DNA from: Ranitomeya imitator | Taxonomy: Eukaryota | Reading direction: 5' to 3' | DNA length: 64,000 bases | NCBI RefSeq assembly: GCF_032444005.1 | Contig: NC_091291.1 | Location: forward strand, 131,316,001 to 131,380,000 | Part shown: positions 51,352 through 64,000 of the stretch, piece by piece | How positions within the stretch are numbered: position 1 is the first letter of the stretch | How the letters are laid out: each line of letters starts with the position of its first letter | Translations under genes and position numbers: made by a program | The notes under the pieces: model-generated | Seen by the model: the letters and a program-made list of their open reading frames with translations, nothing else | The model's database searches: none | What the model was told of the DNA's origin: nothing

Positions 51352-53916
51352 ATGGCACGTGGGAAGGTTTTTTACCTGTTGCTGATTTTGGGTATAGCTG
51401 GTAAGTTATCATTACAGTGCGTTATCTTCAAAAATCAAAATCGACAGCCAATTTTATGAATGTACAGAGTGCAGCCTTTCCTAAACTAACAAAAAAAAAT
51501 AGATCTCACAAGACAAACTCAACACTTATTGTAAATGAAAGGGAGAGTTACCAGTGTGAGACATGTAATGACTGACAGTCGTCTCTCCTGATCTATAACC
51601 ATATACTGTATTTAATTTATATTTCATGAAAATAAGCAACTATGTAATAACTATGTAATACAACTTCTTTAGAGAAATCCGCTTCTTTCTCCTCCTGGAC
51701 TGATCTTTCACTCTCAATCAATGGGTAAAATGTGTATTCGGTGGACAGGTCTCCCATTACTGAGGTAGGAGATGACAGTTGGTGCTCACAAGAATCTATG
51801 CAGAGGGGAGGAGATAGAGACAGACACAGACATTCAGCTGCAGTTCTCCATAGAACTCTATGAGCACCAACTGTCATCTATCTTAGTAATAGGAAAGTCT
51901 GTAATCAATGAAGATGCATTTTACTCGTGGAACCGAGAACTTTGAGAATGAAAGATCCATCCAGGAGGAGAAAGAAGAGAGTTTCTTCGACAACTTATAT
52001 TATAAAGTTTCTTATTTTTAAATTTACTATTGATTTTTGAAAAATAAATGTTTATATTCCACTTTTTAACAAAACTTTTTCCTTGTCAGGTTGCCAGGCT
52101 GATTATACTAGAAATGGCTTCTGGGATTATTTCAGCCAGGTGGCTAATGCGAAAAATGAATGGCACCTTCATAAAACTCCGGTGACCGAAGTCAGGTAGG
52201 TTTATCTGAAACTAAAACATATGATCTGCATAGCTACATGGCAATAAATAATATAACACCTTTTTATCTCAGATGGCAAACTTTAATTAAGGACAAGGAT
52301 AACGAGTGCAGGTCAAATTACTGGGAGAAAAACAAATGTATTTCCTCCCGGGAGCTGCCGGCTTTCAGTCATGGAGGCGTGCACAGAGTGGCTGCAGTAA
52401 CCGCTCACTTTCCTGTGAGTGGCAGCTGTTATTACGCCCTGGTAATATGATTGACAGCCTGCTGTGTAGGACATCTGGGCAGAGCAAGCTGTCAATCAAA
52501 GTGCCGTGGTGTGCTTACAGTCGCCGCTCACTGGATAGTAAGTGGAGATGCTTTGTGCATTCCGCCATGACTGAAAGCCGGCAGCTCCTTTGAAGAAATA
52601 AGTTAATTTTCTCTTGGTTCCCGCACTTTCAGAAAGGTGGCCGGCCAGCATTGTAACGTGACTTATCTGCAGATTACATAGTGTTTACAAAGGTGACAGG
52701 TTCCCGTTATGCTATACTTTCCAACCCATGCAGAACGATTCTGGAAAATGGAGAGTTCATGACTCTTGGAAGAGCTGCCAAGAGTCTCCAGGGTGCCGAC
52801 GAAACCTCCCAAACACCTCACAAAACACATTGCTCCCCAAAAATTTCCTTGCATGACGCGGGAATACTCCGCCATCAGACGTTGCCATTGAACACCATGG
52901 CTATGTGCCAAAACTTGGGCCGCCACATGGATCATCTCCCGGACTAGTGGCCAATATGGCTAGAGCTGTTTGCAATCATGTACTTTACTGCAATGGAAAC
53001 ATGAAATTAATACGAGTCTTTTACTTTATTCCTGTCTAGCGGCTTGAGAAACAGTTTTCAAAATGGCGTCAACTACGTGGGCAATATCTTTAGTCCATGG
53101 AAGAGCGGGCTCCAGAAGCACTTGTATGAAGACTCAGAGGGACTACACAAACTTATCCGTAGGGAACTGCAGGAGATCCAACGGAAGATTTACCCTTACA
53201 TTGATGAAGCGCACCAGAAGATAAGCAAAAATCTCGAACAGGTCCAGAACCGTCTGCTGCCTTACACCGATGAGCTGAAGCACCATTTGGAGTGGGGCGC
53301 AAAGGAGATGGTCGCACAGTTCAGCTTGAGCAAGGATCACATGAGTAATAACGTCCCGCACAAGCTGGCAGAGAACATCCAAGACCAAATCATTCTGCAA
53401 ACAGAGAAGGTAAGAGCAGTTCTAATTCCATTGGGCGAAAGACTCCTGGCAGAGATCCACCATGCAGTTGAAGAACTCCATGAGACCCTTTCTCCTCAAT
53501 CTTTGACCTCCCAGGAAAAGCTAACGGCTCAGGTACAAGAATTATCTCGTAAATTGACTCAGAACGCAAATAATTTGCACGAGAAAATCCATAAAAACCT
53601 GGATGCACTGAAAGAACAGTTGGTGACGTATCCTCGAAATTTGAGAGAGAGGTTTCCTGAAGGTCAACCCAACGTACCGGTGGCTCCTTATGTTGAAGAG
53701 ATGGCGGCTCAGGTGCACAGAGAAGTCGAGGAGTTTCAGAGGAATACCCTGATGCAGATTGAACACTTTACCCATACTATTAAAATGGAAATGGAGGAGA
53801 CGAAGTCCAAAATGTCTCCGGCTACGTCAGACTTACACGACACGGTGACTTCGATAGAGGAAATACAGGAGAAACTGGAGTCTTTGTGGACGGATATATC
53901 ACTGAACTTAAAATGA
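51352..53916 (+). CDS. apoa5: Apolipoprotein A-V; join(51352..51400,52090..52195,53040..53916), 343 aa
   Basis: MARGKVFYLLLILGIAG | CQADYTRNGFWDYFSQ (human RKGFWDYFSQ) | VQELSRKLT, IHKNLDALKEQL, LESLWTDI match APOA5. It lies immediately upstream of ZPR1. Branch point TACTAAC at 51272 precedes the exon 2 acceptor. Confidence 0.94.
52320..52590. mobile_element. Palindromic MITE in apoa5 intron 3
   Basis: Arms GAGCTGCCGGCTTTCAGTCATGG / CCATGACTGAAAGCCGGCAGCTC. Confidence 0.6.
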
Positions 53917-55168
53917 TCCTGCCCCATAAAATGGGACTCCTGGCTCCTAATAATGAAAGCACTTATTTTAGATTTCTTCTCTGACTTTTATATACTGTAT
54001 ATACAGACCCATATTGGGACCCACAACCTCAACTTTTGTCCCATCATTCTCTTTTTGGACGAGAGATGTTTTTTCCAGAATGTCCTTGCAGAAAATCAGA
54101 ATTTCAAGCTCTCGTGAACTGCATTAGTGTTGTATCTTCCAAGTCTCCATGACCAACCAGTCCTTACGGGACTTGAAATGTGGTCAATATTGTTAAGAGG
54201 GGTGGTCCGAAAATTGGGGCCAAAGCTGGTTATGCATTAAACTACCAAAATAAGCATTAATTACCTGTTGAAACCCCTACTGTTCTAGGGCTGCTGTCAC
54301 TCTTCAGTTACACATAACTGCTGCAGCCAATCATTGTTCTCTAAAGTGATGCCAAACTATGTGAGATGAGGCTGCAGGACTCAGTGATTGGCAGCAGTGG
54401 TCATTTGTAGACTAGATCTCATTGTTCCAACCCTGTAAACAAAGTTCATTGAGCAGCAGCAGAGAAGGAGAGAGTGCTGGTGTTGCAGGGTATTCACCAG
54501 GTAAGTAATGCTTGGCAGCAAGGTTGTCCGATCCTGTACAACTGCTTTTAAAGTGGACGAGCCCTTTGTAAATAAAGATTGACGTCTTGTTGTGTAATCT
54601 TGGTCGCCGATCTGACGTTGGAAGTAATTTTGGATTAAAGGTGAATTTCTCCTGTAGACACAGTAGGTGCTTAGTGGGGATGAGCGAAGATGCTGGGGTA
54701 AGGTGTTATCTGAGCATGCTCGGGTGCTGACCAAGTGTCTTCGGCGTGCTTCAATAATATGTTCGATTCCCACAGCACATGCAGAGAGTTGTGTCTAACG
54801 TGCAGCCTAAAACAACGGCAGAGCATGAGACATTGAGTTGATAGACATGCCTGACGAGGTGCAGGAGATACATTTTTGGTTTATTTTCATAACCATAACC
54901 AGGTTTTAAAAGGTGCATGCTGCTCGTTTCCAGTATCCAAAAGTTACGTTTAGATGCCAAAGATCTAGCGTGACGACAATGCACATCGTCTACGTATCTC
55001 CCATCATTGGAGATACACCTCATATGCTCTGTGAGAGTTGGCAAGTCTGCTCATGTTAGAGCAGCCCGATCTATTTCCACAGAGACGCCTCCCCAGACCG
55101 TGTTCAGTAGCTACGGCCGCAGAGCACGCTGGCAACGCGCTGAACAGAAGGGCTGTTCTCTTTCAATT

Positions 55169-55458
55169 CATAGAATCATAGAATGGTAGTGTTGGAACGG
55201 ACCTCCAGGGTCATCTGGTCCGACCCCCTGCTCAATGCAGGACTCACTAAACCATCTCAGACAGATCTGTCCAGCCTCTGTTTGAAGACTTCCATTGAAG
55301 GAGAACTCGCCCCCTCTCGTGGCCGCCTGTGCCACTCATTGATCCCCCTCACTGTCAAAAAGTTTTTCTAATATGTAATCTGCATCTTCTCCCTTTCAGT
55401 TTCATCCCATTGCTTCTTGTGTTTCCACGTATAAATGAGAATAAAGATGATCCCTAAT
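55169..55458 (-). mobile_element. CR1 LINE 3' end fragment
   Basis: The minus strand ends in (ATTCTATG)2, the CR1 8-bp terminal repeat, preceded by CR1-like 3' sequence (GGGGGTCGGACCAGATGACCCTGGAGGTCC). Confidence 0.75.
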
Positions 55459-56310
55459 TAAATTAAATGTCTCCCTTATAAAAAAAAGGAAAATTGCTCT
55501 GTAGTCACCTTCCCCGGGTCCCCCGGTGAGTCTCCGCCGCTGCTACCTATGACACTGGCTGCGGCGCTGACATCACTTTGGAAGTGTGGCAGCCGCGCGT
55601 GACTGTGAACGGAGCGCTCCGTCTCTGTGGGTTTGTCCCGCTAACTCACCGAGCGGCTGCCACACTGTCACGGGGACGTCAGGGCTGCAGCCAACGCCAG
55701 ATATCTTTTATAGGGGAGCAATTTAGTTGAAAGGGAACAACCCCTTAAATTATCAGAACCAGAAACACACGGGCTACTTGCACAATGAACAAGTCTGTAG
55801 GAACCTGTTCACACACCACCAAGAAACGTGAAGACACAAAAGAGCACAGCGAGGTCAAAAATACTCTGTTGTAGAAAAATATCACAGTAATAAGCAAGTG
55901 CTAGTCAAAAGATGGAAAAACCAGGTGAATATGGCTTTGAGGAAAGTCCCAGAGTCGGCGTCTGTCGGCACAGCAGTATACACCTTGGCACGTCTGTAAA
56001 GTGATGCACATGCCACAGGAAAGAAGCAAGGATTGTTTCTCAGGTCAAAAAGTCCCGGTATCTTCCGGTATCCTGGGCCCGGTTCTGATTAGTAGGGCCG
56101 ACGTGATGAGTACGCCGCATAGCAACAATGACGTCACATCAGATCCGGTGATCACAGGAGGATCTGGAGATCCCGCAGGTAGGAGGAAGGTCACAAAGCG
56201 GCCACAGACAACAGACATGGCGACTGGACCAGGGTCCTGTGACCCAATACTGCTCTCTGAGGTGATATACTGTATATATACACACATTAGTGTCATCGAC
56301 CAACCTTCGT

Positions 56311-56621
56311 TAGTGAGGAGCGAATATACTCGTTACTGGAGATTTCTCAAGCATGCTCGGTGGTCCTCCGAGTATTTTTTAGTGCTCGGAGATTTTGTTT
56401 TCCTCACCTCAGCTGGATGATTTCCATCTGTTAGCCAGCATAAGTACATGTGGGGGTTGCCTGGTTGCTAGGGAATCCCCACATGTACTTCTGCTGGCTA
56501 ACAGATGGAAATCATTCAGCTGCGGCAATAAAAACGAAATCTCCGAGCACTAAAAAATACTCGGAGGACCCCGGAGCGTGCTCGGGAAATCTCCAGTAAC
56601 GAGTATATTCACTCATCACTA
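56311..56621. mobile_element. hAT-type palindromic MITE (311 bp)
   Basis: TIR TAGTGA[G/T]GAG[C/T]GAATATACTCGTTACTGGAGATTTC. Degenerate 8-bp TSD ACCTTCGT/ATCTTCCT. Near-complete hairpin. Confidence 0.8.
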
Positions 56622-56675
56622 ATCTTCCTCTCCATCTAACATATAATTATCAGGGCATAACGATGGCCGGTGCTG

Positions 56676-57345
56676 GGGCACATATACCAGGATAGTGGGC
56701 ACATATACCAGGATAGTGGGCACATATAGCAGGATAGTGGGCACATATACCAGGATAGTGGGCACATATACCAGGATAGTGGGCACATATAGCAGGATAG
56801 TGGGCACATATACCAGGATAGTGGGCACATATACCAGGATAGTGGGCACATATACCAGGATAGTGGGCACATATACCAGGATAGTGGGCACATATACCAG
56901 GATAGTGGGCACATATACCAGGATAGTGGGCACATATACCAGGATAGTGGGCACATATACCAGGATAGTGGGCACATATACCAGGATAGTGGGCACATAT
57001 ACCAGGATAGTGGGCACATATACCAGGATAGTGGGCACATATACCAGTATAGTGGGCACATATACCAGGATAGTGGGCACATATACCAGGATAGTGGGCA
57101 CATATACCAGGATAGTGGGCACATATACCAGGATAGTGGGCACATATACCAGGATAGTGGGCACATATATACCAGGATAGTGGGCACATATACCAGGATA
57201 GTGGGCACATATACCAGGATAGTGGGCACATATACCAGGATAGTGGGCACATATACCAGGATAGTGGGCACATATACCAGGATAGTGGGCACATATACCA
57301 GGATAGTGGGCACATATACCAGGATAGTGGGCATATATACCAGGA
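56676..57345. repeat. 21-bp minisatellite (~32 copies) upstream of the zpr1 promoter
   Basis: Unit GGGCACATATACCAGGATAGT, nearly invariant. Confidence 0.97.
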
Positions 57346-57439
57346 AGGAACTCCAGATGGGGGGTATATAAACCAAAGGGTCCAGAATGGAGGACATTAG
57401 TGCAGGATGGAGGACACTGCTACATAATTGGGGGCATCA

Positions 57440-57711
57440 CGTTTGTCCTGCCGGGAGGGGCCCGTCCGCTAGCTCCACCCCCTCCCATGTTTCGCTTGCA
57501 GCCCCCTCCTGACCTTCACGTCCTGGCTGCCCCTTCACTGAGCGCTTCCCGCTTTCTCCACTAGAGGCGCTGCCGGGCATCAGTCACACACGTGCTGCTG
57601 GTGACAGCTACTTCCGGGTCACGTGGGCCTCCTCGCTTTGCGGCACCTCGCAGCCACGTTCCTTCTCTGTACGGGATATACCGGGCACCGTGCTGCACGC
57701 AGCCGTCAGTA
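57440..57711 (+). promoter_or_regulatory. zpr1 CpG-rich TATA-less promoter with adjacent ETS (ACTTCCGG 57610-57617) and E-box (CACGTG 57620-57625)
   Basis: High CpG density directly 5' of the ATG. Motif match only. Confidence 0.55.
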
Positions 57712-60700
57712 ATGTCAGTCCTCCGCGCCTCTGAGGCTCCAGCCTCCTCCGCTCCGGTGTTCCGGGAGTTCAGCGCGGACGATGAGGAGCAGCAGCCGGC
57801 AGAGATCGAGTCCCTGTGCATGAGCTGCTACCAGAACGTGAGTGTCCGGGGGACGGAGAGCGCGGGGCTGGGACCGAGTCTGTTTCTTTATTTTTATTTT
57901 TTTTTAAATGGGGGTTTGGGTGTCACAAAAAAAGGGCGCGGAGCGTTGACGCGGGGGCGGGTCGGAGCGTTGACGCGGGGGCGGGTCGGAGCGTTGACGC
58001 GGGGGCGGGTCGGAGCGTTGACGCGGGGGCGGGGCGGAGCGTTGGCGCGGGGGCAGGTCGGAGCGTTGGCGCGGGGGCGGGTCGGAGCGTTGACGCGGGG
58101 GCGGGTCGGAGCGTTGACGCGGGGGCGGGTCGGAGCGTTGGCGCGGGGGCTGGTCGGAGCGTTGACGCGGGGGCGGGTCGGAGCGTTGACGCGGGGGCGG
58201 GGCGGAGGGTTGGCGCGGGGGCAGGTCGGAGCGTTGACGCGGGGGCGGGGCGGAGCGTTGGGGCGGGTCGGAGCGTTGACGCGGGGGCGGGTCGGAGCGT
58301 TGACGCGGGGGCAGGTCGGAGCGTTGGCGCAGGGGGCAGGTCGGAGCGTTGACGCGGGGGGGCGGAGCGTTGACGCGGGGGGCGGAGCGTTGACGCGGGG
58401 GGCGGAGCGTTGACGCGGGGGGCGGAGCGTTGGCGTGGGGGGCAGGGCGGAGCGTTGGCGCGGGGGGCAGGTCGGAGCGTTGACGCGGGGGCGGGGCGGA
58501 GCGTTGGCGCGGGGGCAGGTCGGAGCGTTGACGCGGGGGCGGGTCGGAGCGTTGACGCGGGGGCGGGTCGGAGCGTTGGCGCGGGGGCTGGTCGGAGCGT
58601 TGACGCGGGGGCGGGTCGGAGCGTTGACGCGGGGGCGGGGCGGAGGGTTGGCGCGGGGGCAGGTCGGAGCGTTGACGCGGGGGCAGGTTGGAGCGTTGAC
58701 GCGGGGGCGGGGCGGAGCGTTGGGGCGGGTCGGAGCGTTGACGCGGGGGCGGGTCGGAGCGTTGACACGGGGGCAGGTCGGAGCGTTGGCGCAGGGGGCA
58801 GGTCGGAGCGTTGACGCGGGGGGGCGGAGCGTTGACGCGGGGGGCGGAGCGTTGACGCGGGGGGCGGAGCGTTGACGCGGGGGGCGGAGCGTTGGCGTGG
58901 GGGGCAGGGCGGAGCGTTGGCGCGGGGGGCAGGTCGGAGCGTTGGCGCGGGGGGCAGGTCGGAGCGTTGACGCGGGGGCATCGCGGAGCGTTGACGCGGG
59001 GGCATCGCGGAGCGTTGACGCGGGGGCATCGCGGAGCGTTGACGCGGGGGCATCGCGGAGCGTTGACGCGGGGGCATCGCGGAGCGTTGACGCGGGGGCA
59101 TCGCGGAGCGTTGACGCGGGGGCATCGCGGAGCGTTGACGCGGGGGCATCGCGGAGCGTTGACGCGGGGGCATCGCGGAGCGTTGACGCGGGGGCATCGC
59201 GGAGCGTTGACGCGGGGGCATCGCGGAGCGTTGACGCGGGGGCAGGGTGGAGCGTTGACGCGGGGGGCATCGCGGAGCGTTGACACCGGATGTTTTTCAA
59301 CCGTCATTTTCCAAGAAAAAAGTTAAACTTTGTAAGAAAAAATAATAACTTTGTGAGAGCCGTAACTTGTATTTTTCCATTGTTGGCGCAGTGACGGCTG
59401 GTTGCTTCGATCGCTCGTTATTGCAGGTTTTGAGGAAGTGCGGAGATAAAAAAATTCTGATTAGGTTTTTTTTTGTGTGGTTGATCATTTGGGTTCATTT
59501 TTATATTTTTATAGGTTGGACTTTGAGGCGACGCTGAATATGTTCAGGTTTTTTTTTTTTTAAAGGGCGTAAACGTGTTTATTCAATATTTTAATATATT
59601 TGATACATTAATATTTATATATTTGATACATGCCGTAATTAATAATGTAATATGCAGAATCTTTGATACATATCTAAATATTTTCAGATACAGTATATTG
59701 GATTTTTATTTGATTTTTTTTTTTTTTTTTATTGCTACATAATATTTTAATATATGATACATAATATTTAATAATTAAACCCAAACCTTTCTTGGCTACG
59801 TTTTCTGTATTCCCCGGGAGTCTCGCCCCTTTGATCGCTTGCTCTATATGCTGCAGGACAGCAATATGTAGTAAAACTGGCATTCTCCTAGCAAATGGCT
59901 GATTTTTATGAGCGGGCCACAATGGAGAGGGTCAGGGGTCTTCCAGTCCCTCGGCTGCCTTGGCGTTGCCCATACACGTGGACCCTGATGTGTATGTACG
60001 TGAAGGGGTTAACCCTGTGCATCCAGAGAGACCATCACAGCTACCGGGGGATTTCTCATTCAGACCAGTTTCCTTTCTGGAGATTCTCACGTCTACGTTT
60101 AACCCTTTGACCCCGTGTGGCTCTCACCATGAAGGTGTCACGCCGTGGATGATAACGCGCAGGACTTGTTTTCCGCAGGGAGTGACCCGGCTTCTGCTCA
60201 CCAAGGTGCCTTTCTTCAAGGAGATCATCGTCAGCTCGTTCACGTGCGATTCCTGCAGCTCCAGCAACACGGAGATCCAGAGCGCTGGCCGGATCCAGGA
60301 CCAGGGGGTCCGATACTCGCTGAGCGTCCGAAACAAGAGGGTGAGGAGCCGAAGAAAAGCAAGTTCACGTATAGTCTCAAAAGTGATAGAAAACACACGA
60401 TATGGTGTTCTTTGTTACACCACATGGAAATGATTTGGTGCAAAATGACCGGCGATATCGCGGTGTATCCGATCGCGCCCAAGTAACAACAAACTTCTCT
60501 CTCTATCCAGGATGTGAACCGGGAAGTGGTGAAGACCGACTACGCCACCACGCGGATCCCTGAGATTGACTTTGAGATTCCTGCTTGTACCCAGAAAGGA
60601 GGTGAGTGGGAGATATGGCGGTATATCTGTGCCGTCTATGACACGTACCACGGCTTATGGTTTATCTCTTTCCAGCTCTGACGACCATCGAAGGGATCCT

Positions 60701-63700
60701 AGAGAGGACTGTGGTGGGTCTGCAGCAGGAGCAGCCGCTCAGACGGGTAAGAATCTGCTGCCGCCATCTGGGGGCAAAGTGATGGAAACATGCAGAATTT
60801 ACTTGTGAGTTATACTGGTACTCTTATATTGATGGCCTATTCTTAGAATACGTCATCAATATCTGATCGGTGGGGGGTGCGAACCGGATATACCCACCGA
60901 TCATCAGAAGTGCTGCACAGCACAGCCCGGGTACTGCTTGTAAGCCCCCTATTAATTTGAAAAAGAAGACTTCTGTGTAGTACCAGGTCATGTCCACTGT
61001 GCTGTACTACAACTTATCGCATTCGGCCGGGATCAGCCGATCGGTGTGTTCATCCCCCCACAAATCACATGGTGATGACCTATCCTAACGACAAAGTCGT
61101 TAGGAGATGGCCATCTGTATCGGAGCAAGGACTGGCCGGCGGCTCTCCCGACTCAATGTGATAGCTGCATAGATATAAATGAAGATGTCCCGCTCGGTTC
61201 GGGAGAGCCACCGGCCAGTCCTTGCACTGCGTTCCGATCATGCACGATTTAGGCTACGTTCACATTAGCATTTCCCGACGCAGCGTCGGGAAACGCTGCG
61301 CCGACGCATGCGTCATGCGCCCCTATATTTAACATGGGGGGCGCATGGACATGCGTTGTGCTGCGTTTTGTGATGCATGCGTTTTTTTGGCCGCAATCGT
61401 GGTGCGCAGAAAACGCAGCAAGTTGCATTTTTTTTTGCGTCCCAATTTCGGCAAAAAAGGACGCATGCGTCGCAAAACGCAGCGTTTTAGCGTGCGTTTT
61501 GTTGCGTTTTTGTTTGTGTTGTGCGATGCGTCGCCGACGCAGCCCCGCACAACGCAAATGTGAACGTAGCCTTATACTGATGTCTGACTCTCCCCTGAGG
61601 ATGTGACATCAATACAAAAGTCTCGAACTGTTAGAATTTTCACTCTTGAAGATAAAGAGCTGTAAGGCCGCTGTCACATGTTCAGGACTTTGTCAGGATT
61701 AAAGTTTCACCCCTGAATCCTGACATTGGGCTGTCAGTGCTGGTTACTAACATCCACGCCATATTGATGTAACCTAAAATTGGGCATACCTGGCTGATTG
61801 CTGGGGGAGGGGATTGTGGCGTCTACCTATGCTCGTTAGGACCCTCTGGCTGCAGCTTCACAGCTGCAACACGTGGATTTGCCTTTCTTTGTGCTTTAGG
61901 ATACGGCCCCTGTAACGTCATCTCGTTGATGGTTTTGGCTTTGTCTTCTAGGCAGCGGATGCACAAGTTGCAGAGAAAATTGAGGAGTTCATCAGAAAAC
62001 TTCAGACCCTGAAGGACGGAGAAACGCCCTTCACCTTTGTAAGTAAGATGGTTTACTGACATTGGGGGATGTGCAGTGCTGATGACTTTGCTTGTCAGGA
62101 GGCGAGTATGGTCGGCATGAACCGGACATGTACGTGACACCTGCTGACCGTTCCCCAGCCTCTTGCAGTTTAAGTGAACAGCACCACTGGAGTAACCCTT
62201 TAAATATACGTTGGGGCTAATTTTCAGGCATTAACTACTAGTTTGGAAAACGAGATCCGCAGTTGGGCTGGGCCATAAGAATGACGTGGCTACTGTATGG
62301 GTGTGTGACTTGGCACTTATAACAGTCGGATAAGACGCTCCCCAAGTTTAGAGGAGGAAAACGTATTTTTAATCCGTCATCTGGATAAGACATGCCTTTG
62401 GTCACCGGTGTGTCTTACAGTCCCCGGATGTCTGCGGTGGAGCAGGGTCACATTTATGTCATTTTCCAGCAGGAGTGGAGCCATGCTGCGGGCCCGGGCT
62501 GAGAGGACGGGGTGTCCTGGCAGGAGTGGAGTCCCCGTTGCACGCATTCATCTACTGGTGATCTTCAGTAAAATGGCGCCAGAGTTGGCGCATGTGCAAA
62601 TTGAGATCTCTGCTGTTCATTAAGCTGAGATGCAAATCTGCGCATGTGCCGACACAATTTTCTCGAAGCCCTCCACAAGGTCAATGCGCGCAGCGGAGAC
62701 TCCTCTTCTGCCTTGCATTGCCCCATTCCTGCAGTGGCGACCCTGCTCCTGCCTCCTGTGACGCCTCCCGACGGTAAGCTTAATTTGGACTGTAAGACAC
62801 CTCCACCCCGCCCAACCCCCCATTTCCTCCCTAATTTTTTGGGAAAAAAGTGCGTATTATAGTACATGATAAAGAGGAACCCTGAGTGGAGAAATGTGCA
62901 GCCATCCACAACTCTTCATGGTGAGAACAGCAGATGACACGGGGCTGACATCTCTGATCATTGTCGGTGCCCCCCCAAAGTCAAGTGTTGGAAATGGTAT
63001 TCCTCTCTGCCTCTTCCTGGCAGTGCAGAAATCTGAAAAACAACTTGTACTGCATGCTTTTTTTTTTCTTCCCTTTGCTAGATCATCGATGACCCCTCTG
63101 GGAACAGTTTTATAGAAAATCCATTTGCTCCGCAGAAAGATGAAGCCCTGGTGGTCACACGTTACCGGAGGAGCGCAGAGCAGGATTCGCTGCTAGGAAT
63201 AGAGGTGACGTGCCGCTTTACCGTTACGGCTGTGGTGTTGCGGCTTTTCAGGATTTCATCTGATTTGTTTTTCTTGCCGATTTAGACCTCGGACGGCCAG
63301 AAGATTTCAGAAGAGAAGCCCGAAGATCTGAAGGACGAGGTACGACCATACTGTTCACACTAATGTCGTCTATTGTACTAGTCCAGAAAGTCCCTTTACT
63401 TCAATGGGTTGTTTTGGACGTTGATATCGCTTGCCTATTGTCTGTATGTCCTCATAATGTCGCCGGGGGTCTGGTACCCGACACCACGCCGGCTTTGTGC
63501 AGTGTCAGCAGCGGCCGATCTGCACAATGTGCTGAGCTGAATCACCTCCGCTCCGTAGACACTGTAGTGGCTGTCCTTGGATGCCGCAGCTCGGCTCCTG
63601 TTGCAGTGAATAGGATCTGAGCTGCAATATTGAGAACAGAGCCCCCTCTACGTGCACTGTACATCCAGCTGCTGCGAGAGCTGATAATGGCTGATCAGTG

Positions 63701-63931
63701 GTGGTGCCGGGACTTGGACCCCTCACGATCTGATATTGATGGCCTTTTTGAAAAGATTTAAAGGGTTTGTCAGAGGACTTGATGATGACCTCTCCTAGGA
63801 CATGTAGTGTGTGTTGTGTCCATACATACAATGAGATATTTGCTAATCCTTTATCTTCTCACAGGTTCTTCAGTTCCAGACTAACTGTCCCGAGTGCAAT
63901 GTACCGGCGGCGACCAATATGAAATTAGTGC
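57712..63931 (+). CDS. zpr1: Zinc finger protein ZPR1, exons 1-8, 3'-partial; join(57712..57837,60179..60340,60511..60601,60676..60746,61952..62038,63082..63204,63286..63339,63865..63931)
   Basis: [18 protein letters not shown] | [26 protein letters not shown]…[15 protein letters not shown] | [10 protein letters not shown]…DFEIPA | LTTIEG | [14 protein letters not shown] | [12 protein letters not shown]. All are colinear with human ZPR1, and the exon phases are compatible. Confidence 0.97.
57938..59286. repeat. G-rich, CpG-rich ~24-bp minisatellite in zpr1 intron 1
   Basis: Unit CGGAGCGTTGACGCGGGGGCGGGT, with a homogeneous variant block …GGGGGCATCG at ~58965-59240. Confidence 0.96.
61252..61571. 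mobile_element. PIF/Harbinger MITE (320 bp) in zpr1 intron 4
   Basis: TIR GGCTACGTTCACATT…AATGTGAACGTAGCC, with TTA TSD on both sides. Confidence 0.88.
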
Positions 63932-63940
63932 GTATCCTTT
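63932..63940 (+). other. U12-type (minor spliceosome) 5' splice site of zpr1 intron 8
   Basis: Exon 8 homology ends …ATGAAATTAGTGC, followed by GTATCCTTT, the U12 donor consensus. Confidence 0.85.
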
Positions 63941-64000
63941 ACCGCTGAATGCCCCCCTATAACTTGCACAATAGGCCGAGTTTCTCCGGCATTTAAGGTG

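Noticed and set aside
56619-59326. VPTILVY, Pro/Arg-rich and Gly/Ala/Arg-rich ORFs around zpr1 exon 1
   Set aside because: They are the 21-bp and 24-bp tandem repeats. Only 57712-57837 is coding, and a U2 donor follows it.

Overview
Vertebrate genomic DNA, inferred to be an anuran frog from its repeat landscape, covering the distal apolipoprotein cluster. All genes are on the + strand in the order known from tetrapod synteny: three tandem, intact APOA4-type genes (CDS 2143-11209, 14422-19201, 32222-36517), then APOA5 (51352-53916), then ZPR1 exons 1-8 (57712-63931, running off the window). Splice phases were checked by hand and each apo gene gives an uninterrupted ORF. The third apoA-IV paralogue is the most unusual object. 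It has lost the WDYF motif and one exact 11-residue repeat unit, and it has gained several N-glycosylation sequons. Its four cysteines all sit at the Tyr position of ancestral Pro-Tyr helix junctions, with the Pro lost each time. Non-coding DNA is dominated by about 19 kb of large minisatellites with different unit lengths. It also holds two Tc1 transposons (one apparently intact), a miniature non-coding DIRS element nested in a T2 MITE, a Helitron, hAT/Harbinger/T2 MITEs, solo-LTR-like elements, L2 and CR1 fragments, and Penelope-type hairpins with hammerhead ribozyme motifs. ZPR1 intron 8 begins with a U12-type donor. No CRISPR, rRNA or tRNA was recognised.
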